Source: an uncultured archaeon
GTDB lineage: Archaea > Asgardarchaeota > Thorarchaeia > Thorarchaeales > Thorarchaeaceae
Direction: 5' to 3'
DNA length: 32,000 bases
NCBI GenBank assembly: GCA_964354495.1
Contig: CAYHAA010000005.1
Location: forward strand, 152,663-184,662
Below, one piece after another: positions 8,830 through 17,407 of the stretch (the first letter of the stretch is position 1; each line of letters starts with the position of its first letter). The notes below the pieces were generated by a model. The model was not told where the DNA came from. It ran no database searches and saw nothing but the letters and a program-made list of their open reading frames with translations. The translations under genes were made by a program, and so were the position numbers.

Positions 8830-8957
8830 CCTTATGGCCCCAGCATGTTGCCTTGATATTGACCAAATAAGTCTAGCCCTACATATGCTAGTAATACACA
8901 AGCCATACCAAGGCTCATAGACTAATGAAATCACAGAATATGAGGAGACTATCAGAC

Positions 8958-9218
8958 ATGATCTTCATCTGCAGAAATTGTGGCAAGAGCACAGTAGATA
9001 TCGATATGGTCCTTGATGGTGAATGCAGTTGTGGATGCTCACATTTTCAGTTGGTATCCGAGGACCGTTCTGAACTGCCTGTGCCTTTGGAAGACAAGGA
9101 AACAATTAGACGAGACCTTCACAAATGGATAGATCTTAACATTGATTCTATGCCCCCTGAGCTTGTCGGCAATATCAGGGTTCTCTTCGAGATAGAGAAG
9201 GACAACCTCACGTCGTAG
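8958..9218 (+). CDS. Small Zn-ribbon protein (N-terminus resembles DUF2072/COG3364)
   Basis: MIFICRNCGK...LDGECSCGCSHFQLV followed by a helical C-terminal part. GAGGAG upstream of the ATG at 8958 (ORF track 8925). Confidence 0.65.
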   Translation: MIFICRNCGKSTVDIDMVLDGECSCGCSHFQLVSEDRSELPVPLEDKETIRRDLHKWIDLNIDSMPPELVGNIRVLFEIEKDNLTS

Positions 9219-11844
9219 TTTTGTTCTGTTCGACCTCCTGATGGTCTAGAGGTCGTTCGATTCTCGCAATCTGGCCATCAATCTCCTCACTGAGATCGGT
9301 CTTGCCGGCTACGTCAGCAATCCGCTGCACTGCCTTCAGACTATGAATGAGCGAGTCAAGCCAAGAGAAGAGGTCACCAGGGTATGCCCATAGTTCGAAC
9401 TCTCTCTCAAGTCTATCAGCCAGCCCGGATGGATTGTAGCCCTCATGTCTTCTCTCGATAAGCCAGCGCCCCAATTTTACCTGCCCGTGGTCACACTCTG
9501 GAAAATCGCGACAGCCACAGTTGAAGAAAGCGATGGTCCATTTGCTGAAGACCTCAAAGACCCACTGAGGCAGTCTTCCTGCTCCGCTACCCGGTTTGGT
9601 CAGACTGCTTATTTCTCCAAATACACCTGAGAACAATCGAGTGGGCATATGTGTCCTGAAGGCCGAGTTGATCTCTTCCTGCAGTTTGTTACTCAAGTAA
9701 ATGTTCTCAAACGGCTCGAGCATCAACGCGATATCCAGCACATCATACGAGGCCGTGAGCTTTGTGACCTCCAGACCCATACTAGGGGTCAAGAAGGAGA
9801 GTGAAGTTGCGCGACCAAGCTCTGTCGGATAGGCTCCTCCTTCCTTCACCCGAATCATGTGGGTCTTGACCAGATGCTTCAATGCGTCAGATGGAGGTAC
9901 AGACATCGAAAGCATGCTCTTGTATGCCCGCGCAATTGACTTCAGGTCGACAAGATTAGTAGAGCATATGGTTGCTAGAATCTGCTCAGCACATGCTTCC
10001 TTATCGGCAAAGGGCTCAACGTCTTCGATTATTCCATTGAGCAGACGCACTGCCACTTCATCTTCGGTTCCATCTTGCCCACTATGATATTTTCGCTCGG
10101 GCTGAACTATCACATAGACCTTGCCGCGGTCATGTTTGCCGAGTCGGCCGGCACGACCTAGCATCTGTTCGAATTCAGCATTGGTAAGCCAATCAGCGCC
10201 CATTGCGAGGGTCTCAAAGATTACCTGAGATGCAGGTAGGTCCACACCAGCTCCCAAAGCTGCTGTTGTCACGACGCATGCGAACTTCTGCCTGTCATAT
10301 GCTCTCTCGATTCCTCTCCTCTGGTTATATGGAAGGCCGCCGTGATATACGGTAGACGATACATGCTGTTCACGGAGCCAATCATTCAAATCCTGAGCAC
10401 GCCGTCGGGAGAACGTGAATATGATGGACTGCCCCTTGTTCCCAAAAGTACTCGTGTGTTTGAACTCCTGGCTAACAAGACGACGGATGATGGACCACTT
10501 GTCTTCATCACTTCTCGCGAAGACAAGATGCTTCTCCAGAGGAACTGGACGTCCTTCAAAGTTTACAAGCTTGAAGCCAAGTTCTTTTGCCAAAGATGCT
10601 GGTGAGCCAACTGTAGCTGAGAGTGCGAGGTATTGCGCCTTAGGATAGTGTAGACGCATCCGCGTAAGAAGGCCATCGAGTTCAGGACCACGCTCGGGGT
10701 CTGCAAGATTCTGAATCTCATCAATGATTACGGTGCCGACATCACCAAGATCGCTCATACTCCCAGACCGAAAAAGGAAGTCCAACGCTTCATATGTGGC
10801 ACAGATGATATTCGCCTTGCTGATGTCAGTATCGACAATTGGTTTTCCCTCGTTTCCCACATCAAGGCGCGACATTCCGACCTTGATACCTGTGCGGAGA
10901 CCAAGTGAGCGATATCTCTTCCTAAACAGCTCATACTTTTCGTTTGTCAGTGCAACGAGGGGGGACATGTAGACCATCTTCTTGCCCTGCATAGCCTTGG
11001 GGATTCCTGCGAGTTCACCCAAGAGGGTCTTTCCTGATGAGGTGGAGGACACGATTAGGAGTGATGCGTTGTTCAAGAGACCTGAGTCAACAGTCTTTCG
11101 TTGAATGGGAAGGAGTATTTCCAATCCAGCCTCTTTGAGTACCTTCTTGAATTCGTCTGGGATTGGGAGTTCCCCGATGTCTTTCTTTGTGCCTACGTCC
11201 TGGGCAACAACCGTGTCAATGAGAGTGAGATCAGGTTCTGCAATTGGATCGAATCCTGGGGTCAACATCTCTAGAAGCCGAGGGACGGATTTGATGCGTG
11301 ATACCTGCCGTTCCAACTGATTCATCATTGCTCGGGACAGAGATATACCAAGAGTCTTTAGCTCAGTATTCAGATCAACTTGAGCGCACGATAAACAGGT
11401 TACCTGTTCTGCAGTCAGCTTTACTGCATTTCGTCTAGTCAGAACCGTGAGCTTGTCATCGCGCAGGCAATGTTGGCAGGTTGGAACAACCCTCGCATCC
11501 GAAGCGCTTATCCGCTCTAGAAAGGTCTTCAGGTCCTCAAGGAATCCAGGTGTCTGTTCCTTGGGAATAATGATGCCCTTTGCCTTTCTCAGAATCTCAT
11601 TGGCCTCTTTGGGTTGGTAGTAGAGGGGTTTGTTATACTTGACAAACCAGAATCGTTTTGCCTCCAGCATTTCGGAAGCTCGGTATTCAAATTCAATCAT
11701 GCCACCTAGTACTGAACGCTGACGGTCTCTCAGCTCGTCGGAGAACACATCGACCCTAGTCGCCATATCTTGCTTAGCAGCTCTAATGACAAGCACATAG
11801 GGTTTCAAGAGCCGTTTTTGAACATCAGCATCAGCTACTTCCAA
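9208..11844 (-). CDS. Archaea-specific superfamily II (Ski2-like) helicase, COG1202 / DUF5814 (ASH-Ski2 type)
   Basis: Q motif LLPIQ, Walker A SSTSSGKT, PLVAL, DEIQ, SAT, YHGGL, TAALGAGVD, QMLGRAGR. N-terminal CQHC...CLSC and C-terminal CGCRDFPECDHG...YPGDLFSWLD. Confidence 0.88.
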   Translation of the reverse strand: MEVADADVQKRLLKPYVLVIRAAKQDMATRVDVFSDELRDRQRSVLGGMIEFEYRASEMLEAKRFWFVKYNKPLYYQPKEANEILRKAKGIIIPKEQTPGFLEDLKTFLERISASDARVVPTCQHCLRDDKLTVLTRRNAVKLTAEQVTCLSCAQVDLNTELKTLGISLSRAMMNQLERQVSRIKSVPRLLEMLTPGFDPIAEPDLTLIDTVVAQDVGTKKDIGELPIPDEFKKVLKEAGLEILLPIQRKTVDSGLLNNASLLIVSSTSSGKTLLGELAGIPKAMQGKKMVYMSPLVALTNEKYELFRKRYRSLGLRTGIKVGMSRLDVGNEGKPIVDTDISKANIICATYEALDFLFRSGSMSDLGDVGTVIIDEIQNLADPERGPELDGLLTRMRLHYPKAQYLALSATVGSPASLAKELGFKLVNFEGRPVPLEKHLVFARSDEDKWSIIRRLVSQEFKHTSTFGNKGQSIIFTFSRRRAQDLNDWLREQHVSSTVYHGGLPYNQRRGIERAYDRQKFACVVTTAALGAGVDLPASQVIFETLAMGADWLTNAEFEQMLGRAGRLGKHDRGKVYVIVQPERKYHSGQDGTEDEVAVRLLNGIIEDVEPFADKEACAEQILATICSTNLVDLKSIARAYKSMLSMSVPPSDALKHLVKTHMIRVKEGGAYPTELGRATSLSFLTPSMGLEVTKLTASYDVLDIALMLEPFENIYLSNKLQEEINSAFRTHMPTRLFSGVFGEISSLTKPGSGAGRLPQWVFEVFSKWTIAFFNCGCRDFPECDHGQVKLGRWLIERRHEGYNPSGLADRLEREFELWAYPGDLFSWLDSLIHSLKAVQRIADVAGKTDLSEEIDGQIARIERPLDHQEVEQNKTTT

Positions 11845-11895
11845 TCAACTTCCTCAGGATTGAGAAATCTCTGACCTAGAAGACACTTGTGGTCC

Positions 11896-12669
11896 TCACA
11901 TTTCAAAAATGAACTTCTTTCTATTCTTCTCAACCAAGCCAAGCGTCTCTTGGTATTCTTCTCCGATAGCTTCCATGCCAGTCTTGGAGTCCGTGCCTGC
12001 CTTCTCAACGATCATCCAGTCGGTCATGACCTCGATATCGGAGAAGCCAGTAAATCGATGAAACGGAGTCGCAAGCACCTTTGAGAGTTCAGGACGCTGC
12101 TGTCGTAGTCGGGGATAATTCTCAATGAAGGGGCGGTAGATATGGCCGCTTGTACCACCGAGAATGAATCTTGCACGCTGTTCTCCAGATATGTGAGAGA
12201 CCTTGATGCGCTTGAACATCTCCTGATAGTACAGAGTTTGAGGAATGCCTGCCTCGACCTTGATTTTTGCTAGGGCATCTCCTGCAAGGACATTTCCTCG
12301 CTCAATAACAAGGTTTTGAATCAGAGTCACAATCTCTTCTTGTCTTCCTGTTCCTAGAGGATCGATGACCTCAGGCGTCACTATGTCCACCTGCGGAAGA
12401 GGCTCATCAAGCCGGAGTTGCGTTGGATCGAACATCAGAGCAGAGATGAACTCCTGTACACCAACATTGATGTTCCTTTTTCTTGCGGTGCCCTTGAAAA
12501 TGCCAGGTCCAATTAGGACCGAGTAGACCTCCGTATCACGGATTATAGACCATAGTTGTGTTGAGAGGATAAGTGCAGTACCGGACAAGTCAGCACCACG
12601 AAATGCATCTACACTGAAGTCGTAGGTTTCCACATCAATCAACCAATAGAGGGGGGTCTTCTCCTTCAA
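11896..12669 (-). CDS. Hypothetical protein
   Basis: 257-aa ORF coupled by an ATGA overlap to the upstream gene. No family recognised. Confidence 0.7.
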   Translation of the reverse strand: MKEKTPLYWLIDVETYDFSVDAFRGADLSGTALILSTQLWSIIRDTEVYSVLIGPGIFKGTARKRNINVGVQEFISALMFDPTQLRLDEPLPQVDIVTPEVIDPLGTGRQEEIVTLIQNLVIERGNVLAGDALAKIKVEAGIPQTLYYQEMFKRIKVSHISGEQRARFILGGTSGHIYRPFIENYPRLRQQRPELSKVLATPFHRFTGFSDIEVMTDWMIVEKAGTDSKTGMEAIGEEYQETLGLVEKNRKKFIFEM

Positions 12670-13856
12670 TGCATCAGATCCTCCGCATATACGTGAGTGT
12701 CAACAAAATCATGCACTAGCCTGACAGCGATTGTATCCCGTTCGGATAGCGGCGCCTCGGATATCTGTACTTTTGCAGAGGCTATTACGCTATCGAGAGG
12801 AACATCTGCGAGTTTGAATCGCTCTTTAATCTCATTGAGGCATTTCTCAACACAAGCCGTCAGGTCATTGCCTTGATACTTCAGAACCCTAATCACACGC
12901 CCAATTTTCTCTAACAAGTATTCTGCTCGTTCGTCACCCTTTCTTCTTCTTGCCAGCTTCACATCGCGCTCCAGAAAATCAAAGGGAGATATCAGATCAG
13001 GTTCGGCTTTATTGCCTCTGGTGGAACTGACGCCGATATCCACAAAGGGAGACCGATCACCCCGCCCAGTTGTGGGACGGGGTATGAGATGAATAAGAAG
13101 ATGTGCGATGGCTCTGAGTGGCAGTCTGTCAAGTGGTCGTCCGAGTTCATCAATGAGAGCGTCGAGACGTGCGATTGACGCATCAATTGTGAATGAGTCT
13201 GTAACTCCTATCAGTGACTCTCGTATCAATCGAAAGTGAGCTTGATTCCGTCGTAGGACCTGTTTGAACTTCCCAGTCAGTGTGCTTCGATTCCATTTTG
13301 TTATTGCTTGTCCGAATGTTGTCAAAGCATCGACGCTGGCAGACTTTGGATGCTCTTTGACCCACTCTTCGAGAATGGGTGAAATGAAAGACTCGGCTAG
13401 CTTGGTACGCTCAGCAATGATTGAGAGCCCCTTTTCAACTCCCATGTTCTTTGAATCAATCACATCTTCAAGGTTCGCTAGACTTCGACCTTGCAGCTCC
13501 AACTGCCTAGAGAAGCGTCCATAGAGGTGTGAAATCCATCGACCCTCACTGAGTGCGAACTCCATCACGTTACCAGGCAAGTTCGGCACATCTTCAGCAA
13601 CAGAGGCGCGACGTGCTAGTTCCGTAGTAAACAAATCCACAGCAGAACGGAGACCTGTGATTCCATCCATATTGATCAGGTAAGCGACCATGGCGACTTC
13701 AAGAGGGCAAGAGAGCTCCTCCGAGATCTTTCTGGCCTCTGCATCAGGAACACGTTTTACTCGTTCTCTTAGATTAGCATAGGTGTCTGTGAATTCCTCT
13801 ATTAGCCTTTGACGACTCTCCATTGCAAGCTTCTGAATGTCGATTTCGGGCAACAT
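12666..13856 (-). CDS. Hypothetical, largely alpha-helical protein
   Basis: 396-aa ORF with GAGGA SD-like motif upstream. No family recognised. Confidence 0.75.
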   Translation of the reverse strand: MLPEIDIQKLAMESRQRLIEEFTDTYANLRERVKRVPDAEARKISEELSCPLEVAMVAYLINMDGITGLRSAVDLFTTELARRASVAEDVPNLPGNVMEFALSEGRWISHLYGRFSRQLELQGRSLANLEDVIDSKNMGVEKGLSIIAERTKLAESFISPILEEWVKEHPKSASVDALTTFGQAITKWNRSTLTGKFKQVLRRNQAHFRLIRESLIGVTDSFTIDASIARLDALIDELGRPLDRLPLRAIAHLLIHLIPRPTTGRGDRSPFVDIGVSSTRGNKAEPDLISPFDFLERDVKLARRRKGDERAEYLLEKIGRVIRVLKYQGNDLTACVEKCLNEIKERFKLADVPLDSVIASAKVQISEAPLSERDTIAVRLVHDFVDTHVYAEDLMH

Positions 13857-13989
13857 GGTAGGAATTCCTCACACGCAGGTCGTGTCTGCTGTCCACTATG
13901 CGTGACAGCACTCAAAATCTCAAGTGTCCAAATAACGATTGTTTGTGCATAGGTTCCCGGTTGAATTTCCCTGCAGGAGGTATGCAGGT

Positions 13990-14190
13990 CTACATTCCCA
14001 GGGACAGCAGCAGGAAGTGTATTCCAAAACCAACTAGAATTGCACCTATGCTCAGGGCTGAGATGACCCTGAGTCGTGAGAAGTGGCGACCACGTTCAAT
14101 GTGGACTACAAGCCAGCCAAAGGCGAATATCCCGAAGAACAGAAATATCAATGAAAAGATGAAAATCGTGCTTTCAAAGTTCTGGAGCAT
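13990..14190 (-). CDS. Small two-TM membrane protein
   Basis: 66 aa, two hydrophobic helices joined by a basic loop (HIERGRHFSRLR). Fills the gap between co-oriented genes. Confidence 0.7.
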   Translation of the reverse strand: MLQNFESTIFIFSLIFLFFGIFAFGWLVVHIERGRHFSRLRVISALSIGAILVGFGIHFLLLSLGM

Positions 14191-14256
14191 GTCTATCGCC
14201 TCATTGTTTCTACAGGGGTCGCTTTGATGAGTGATTTAAAGTGCTCGGTCAAGTTA

Positions 14257-15027
14257 TCATGCAAGGAATTCATACTCCGTTACAAAGTCTTCTCCATCGA
14301 TTGTCACTTCACGAATCAACTTTCCCCGCTTCTTGGCGAGCCTGCGTCGTTCCGTAAAAGACAGTTTCGAGTCATCAGGAATCTTGATCTCCAGGATCTC
14401 AAAACTGTTCCTAATCCAGATGTCCTTGGTCTTCGGTCCAATCTTATCACACAGGTCTGGTAGGTAGCTTTCCATGATGAAGTCAAGAGTCTCAGGACTG
14501 TTTCCGAGTGAGCCGGTAGAGAACACAGGATCTTTTGACACTGATTCCTCATCCTCTTCTGCAGGTCCACCTTTCGGAAATGATGTCTTGGTCTGTATCT
14601 TCCAGGGTTTCGTACCATCTTTGGGATTGAGCGAGAGAAGATAGAAGGTCGTCGGATCATCGATGCTGAACAGAGCCCTGATGTCCTCTATAGGTGCGGA
14701 TTCATCGACCTTTGCCTTAAAGACAGGAGTGCCCTTGCCCTTCGATTTGTCCCAAGAGATTGGCATCATCAGTTTTCCGAACTCAGGTCTTCTGTCCGAG
14801 TAAGTTATGATCGTGCCTTTGATTTTATGCTGACCAGAAGGAGCGCCCAAGACATAACATTTCAGAAAGGCTTTTTCTTGGTCGATGTCAGCCTTGAACT
14901 TGATGCTCGGCTTGCTCAGAGTCATCCGCGCTCTTGGACCGGGATGAGACCCTAATCCATACTTGACCAATTTTGCGTGAACAAACTCGTCAGGAGTTCC
15001 TTTGATTATCTTGGAGACCCAGCTCAC
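14257..15027 (-). CDS. Conserved-looking archaeal hypothetical protein (basic, Lys-rich)
   Basis: Likely GTG start at 15027 (MSWVSKIIKG) with a GAGGT SD upstream (ORF track uses TTG at 15048). C-terminus AKKRGKLIREVTIDGEDFVTEYEFLA. Confidence 0.7.
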   Translation of the reverse strand: MSWVSKIIKGTPDEFVHAKLVKYGLGSHPGPRARMTLSKPSIKFKADIDQEKAFLKCYVLGAPSGQHKIKGTIITYSDRRPEFGKLMMPISWDKSKGKGTPVFKAKVDESAPIEDIRALFSIDDPTTFYLLSLNPKDGTKPWKIQTKTSFPKGGPAEEDEESVSKDPVFSTGSLGNSPETLDFIMESYLPDLCDKIGPKTKDIWIRNSFEILEIKIPDDSKLSFTERRRLAKKRGKLIREVTIDGEDFVTEYEFLA

Positions 15028-15176
15028 CCTAGTGACCTCACAGAGCAACCGATGAAGGTGCGATTTAAACTCTTCGTGATAATGACATCTGTACTAGAGA
15101 AGTGCGGACAACAAGAGTGTCGATTTCGTCGAGGACTCTACTACATGTCATAGTACGTTCCTCCCACCTGCATAGC

Positions 15177-15184
15177 TTATAAAA
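15177..15184 (+). promoter_or_regulatory. Putative TATA box for the MFS gene
   Basis: CTTATAAAAG about 45 nt upstream of the ATG at 15229. Confidence 0.4.
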
Positions 15185-15228
15185 GACGATGCACCGCCTG
15201 TGCCTCGACAAACACGGAGTGCATCCAA

Positions 15229-16518
15229 ATGGGACTACGAAAATCCGGTCATACATTGACTCTAATCTTGCTTTATCTTGTGACACTGATTATGCGTGCA
15301 GCATTCTATGTCACAATTGCTGTCATTTCTAGTAGCGTGTATATGGGAGGGGCATTGACGGGGTGGGGCGTTGCAGCTGTGCTGGCAATCTATCCTCTTA
15401 CAGAACTAAGCACGGTCTCATTCTTTGGATCATACAGTGACAAGATTGGGAGAAAACCAATTCTAGTCGCAAGCCTCTTTATCACAGGACTAGCCTCATT
15501 CCTATTTGGCATTGCGAGCATGGGAATCATTGCACTCATCCTAGCCGGTCTCTTTGGAATGGGCGCGGCCTCCCAAGTGACTACCACTCTCTCCATAATT
15601 GCGGATTGCTCTTCAGAGGAGAACAGAGCCAGACTGATGGGCTACTTCGATCTCTCTACTCTAGCTGGACTTGCAGGTGGTTTCGGTCTAGGTATCATCC
15701 TCTTGGAGATTGGGACAATCAGTCTGAATATCGGGACGTTCGTTTTAGAAATAGTCATCACTCCAACGCTTCTTCTGTTTGCTGCCGCTGGAGCATGCGC
15801 AGTGACCGGACTAGTGACGTTATTTCTAATTAAGGAAACACGAGTCGTATCACGCAGGGATGTCAGAATCATGGCACTTCTCAAGAAGGTTGCCGCTGAT
15901 AGACGAGTCCAACTAATGCTTCCCGTCTATGTGCCCATTATCTCATTGTATGCCCTTGTGATATCGAAGACAAAACACATTATTGAGGTGTACTTCGATA
16001 TCACTGCTGCGGATATGCTCCTTCTCTTTGCGATGCTTGGGGTGTCATTATTCCTTGGAATAATCGTCATGGGTCATCTCTCAGACCGCGTTATGAAGAG
16101 AAGACCGTTCATCGTGTTTGGTCTCATAGGCTTTGGCGCTCTGGCCTACCTGCTTGTTGCCAATGCCGAGTCTTTCGATACTCTCTGGGCCTCGGGACTA
16201 TGGCCACTGCTGCCTGCGCTCGGCTTTATTGCAGGCTCGTTTCCACCTGCAGCAATGGCCTATCTCACGGACATATCAAGTGCGGAAGCGCGGGGTAGTA
16301 CTATGGGCGTCTACAGCATCTTCTTCGGGTCTGGAATGATCATCGGTCCGCTCGCAGCTGAGTTCGCATATTCATTGGGAGGTCTCTTCCCAGGTCTGGC
16401 CCTCCTAGTCATAATTCTGATCTCAGTGGCATGCATTGGAACATATTTCCTCAAGGAGGCTGCTCCTCTGGCAGGTTCTGGAGATGATGCCACGGGTCCA
16501 TCGCTTGAGATAGAATGA
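15229..16518 (+). CDS. MFS transporter
   Basis: About 12 hydrophobic segments. Motif A GSYSDKIGRK, repeated as GHLSDRVMKRRP. ARGSTMGVYS. Confidence 0.9.
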   Translation: MGLRKSGHTLTLILLYLVTLIMRAAFYVTIAVISSSVYMGGALTGWGVAAVLAIYPLTELSTVSFFGSYSDKIGRKPILVASLFITGLASFLFGIASMGIIALILAGLFGMGAASQVTTTLSIIADCSSEENRARLMGYFDLSTLAGLAGGFGLGIILLEIGTISLNIGTFVLEIVITPTLLLFAAAGACAVTGLVTLFLIKETRVVSRRDVRIMALLKKVAADRRVQLMLPVYVPIISLYALVISKTKHIIEVYFDITAADMLLLFAMLGVSLFLGIIVMGHLSDRVMKRRPFIVFGLIGFGALAYLLVANAESFDTLWASGLWPLLPALGFIAGSFPPAAMAYLTDISSAEARGSTMGVYSIFFGSGMIIGPLAAEFAYSLGGLFPGLALLVIILISVACIGTYFLKEAAPLAGSGDDATGPSLEIE

Positions 16519-16654
16519 TGAAATTGACGAAATGAGCCTAGAGAATACTGCGTGTTGGAACTGAAACGGTCACTGATCAGAGAATCATGGCAAGAGTTAA
16601 TAGAAACCTCGACTTGAATCGTTTCAGTTACTCTATCTCAAAGGAGAGAGAATT

Positions 16655-17278
16655 ATGGTCAGGCTTACAACAACTGGTAATGTTTTTTCGGGCATTGGTT
16701 TGACTCTGCTCGCAGTTACTATCTTTCTCAAGTTCATTCTGGACTCACTTTCTGCCACGCCAGATCAGCTTCTGTATCCATTTTACGTCTGGCTCATCGC
16801 GCTCGGGATACTTGCAATTGTGGTTGTCATAGGTGTGATAAACACCTTCACTGAGATGACTGGCTTTGTCCATCCTGATGATAAGATGTATTCCAACATG
16901 CTGGTCTACATAATGGCATTGGGAACTCTTCTTGTCTTGGGATTACTACAAGGAGTGGACCTAACCATTCAGGGGTATCTCTTTAATATGGGAACGATGA
17001 TAGTGATTGCCTACATCTTCTTGTTCGTCTTTGTATTCTTTGGAAGTAAAATCGCAAAGGGTGCAGAAGAGGGACAAGTAAAGGAAATGACATCAAGGTT
17101 CATGCTTGTTTCGCTCATTCTGGGTGTGCTCATGGCTGGTGCATACCTGATGCTGAGTATCATCTACTCGACATTTTCGTACGGATGGGCAGCTGCTGTG
17201 CTCATGATCTTCGCGGTCGCTTTAGTCTTTCTTATGGTGATCTTCCTAGGAAGAAAATACGAGCCAGTAGGCAAGTAA
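16655..17278 (+). CDS. Hypothetical integral membrane protein (about 6 TM)
   Basis: 207 aa of alternating hydrophobic helices. AAGGAG SD upstream. Confidence 0.8.
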   Translation: MVRLTTTGNVFSGIGLTLLAVTIFLKFILDSLSATPDQLLYPFYVWLIALGILAIVVVIGVINTFTEMTGFVHPDDKMYSNMLVYIMALGTLLVLGLLQGVDLTIQGYLFNMGTMIVIAYIFLFVFVFFGSKIAKGAEEGQVKEMTSRFMLVSLILGVLMAGAYLMLSIIYSTFSYGWAAAVLMIFAVALVFLMVIFLGRKYEPVGK

Positions 17279-17283
17279 TCTAG

Positions 17284-17320
17284 AATGATTCGGATGGAGT
17301 CATCTCCATCCATCATTTTT
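17284..17320 (+). terminator. Stem-loop plus U-tract, putative intrinsic terminator
   Basis: GGATGGAG-tcat-CTCCATCC perfect 8-bp stem (17292-17311), extended by AATGAT/ATCATT and running into TTTTT, just after the stop at 17278. Confidence 0.65.
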
Positions 17321-17407
17321 CATTCAAGAAATCGGTATAGTAGAATAACTTACAGTGGAAAGGCTCTTAACACTCATAGCTAATCTGACCTTTGTCTGGT
17401 GTTAGAC

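Noticed and set aside
8830-8957. Replication origin suggested by the DUF2072/OapC-like neighbour
   Set aside because: The spacer is short, not markedly AT-rich, has no ORB-like repeats, and there is no cdc6/orc1 gene nearby.
16515-16576. Possible C/D-box sRNA (ATGATGA overlapping the MFS stop, CTGA at 16561 and 16573)
   Set aside because: No convincing internal C'/D' boxes or terminal stem, and no rRNA or tRNA target could be verified. Such short motifs arise by chance.
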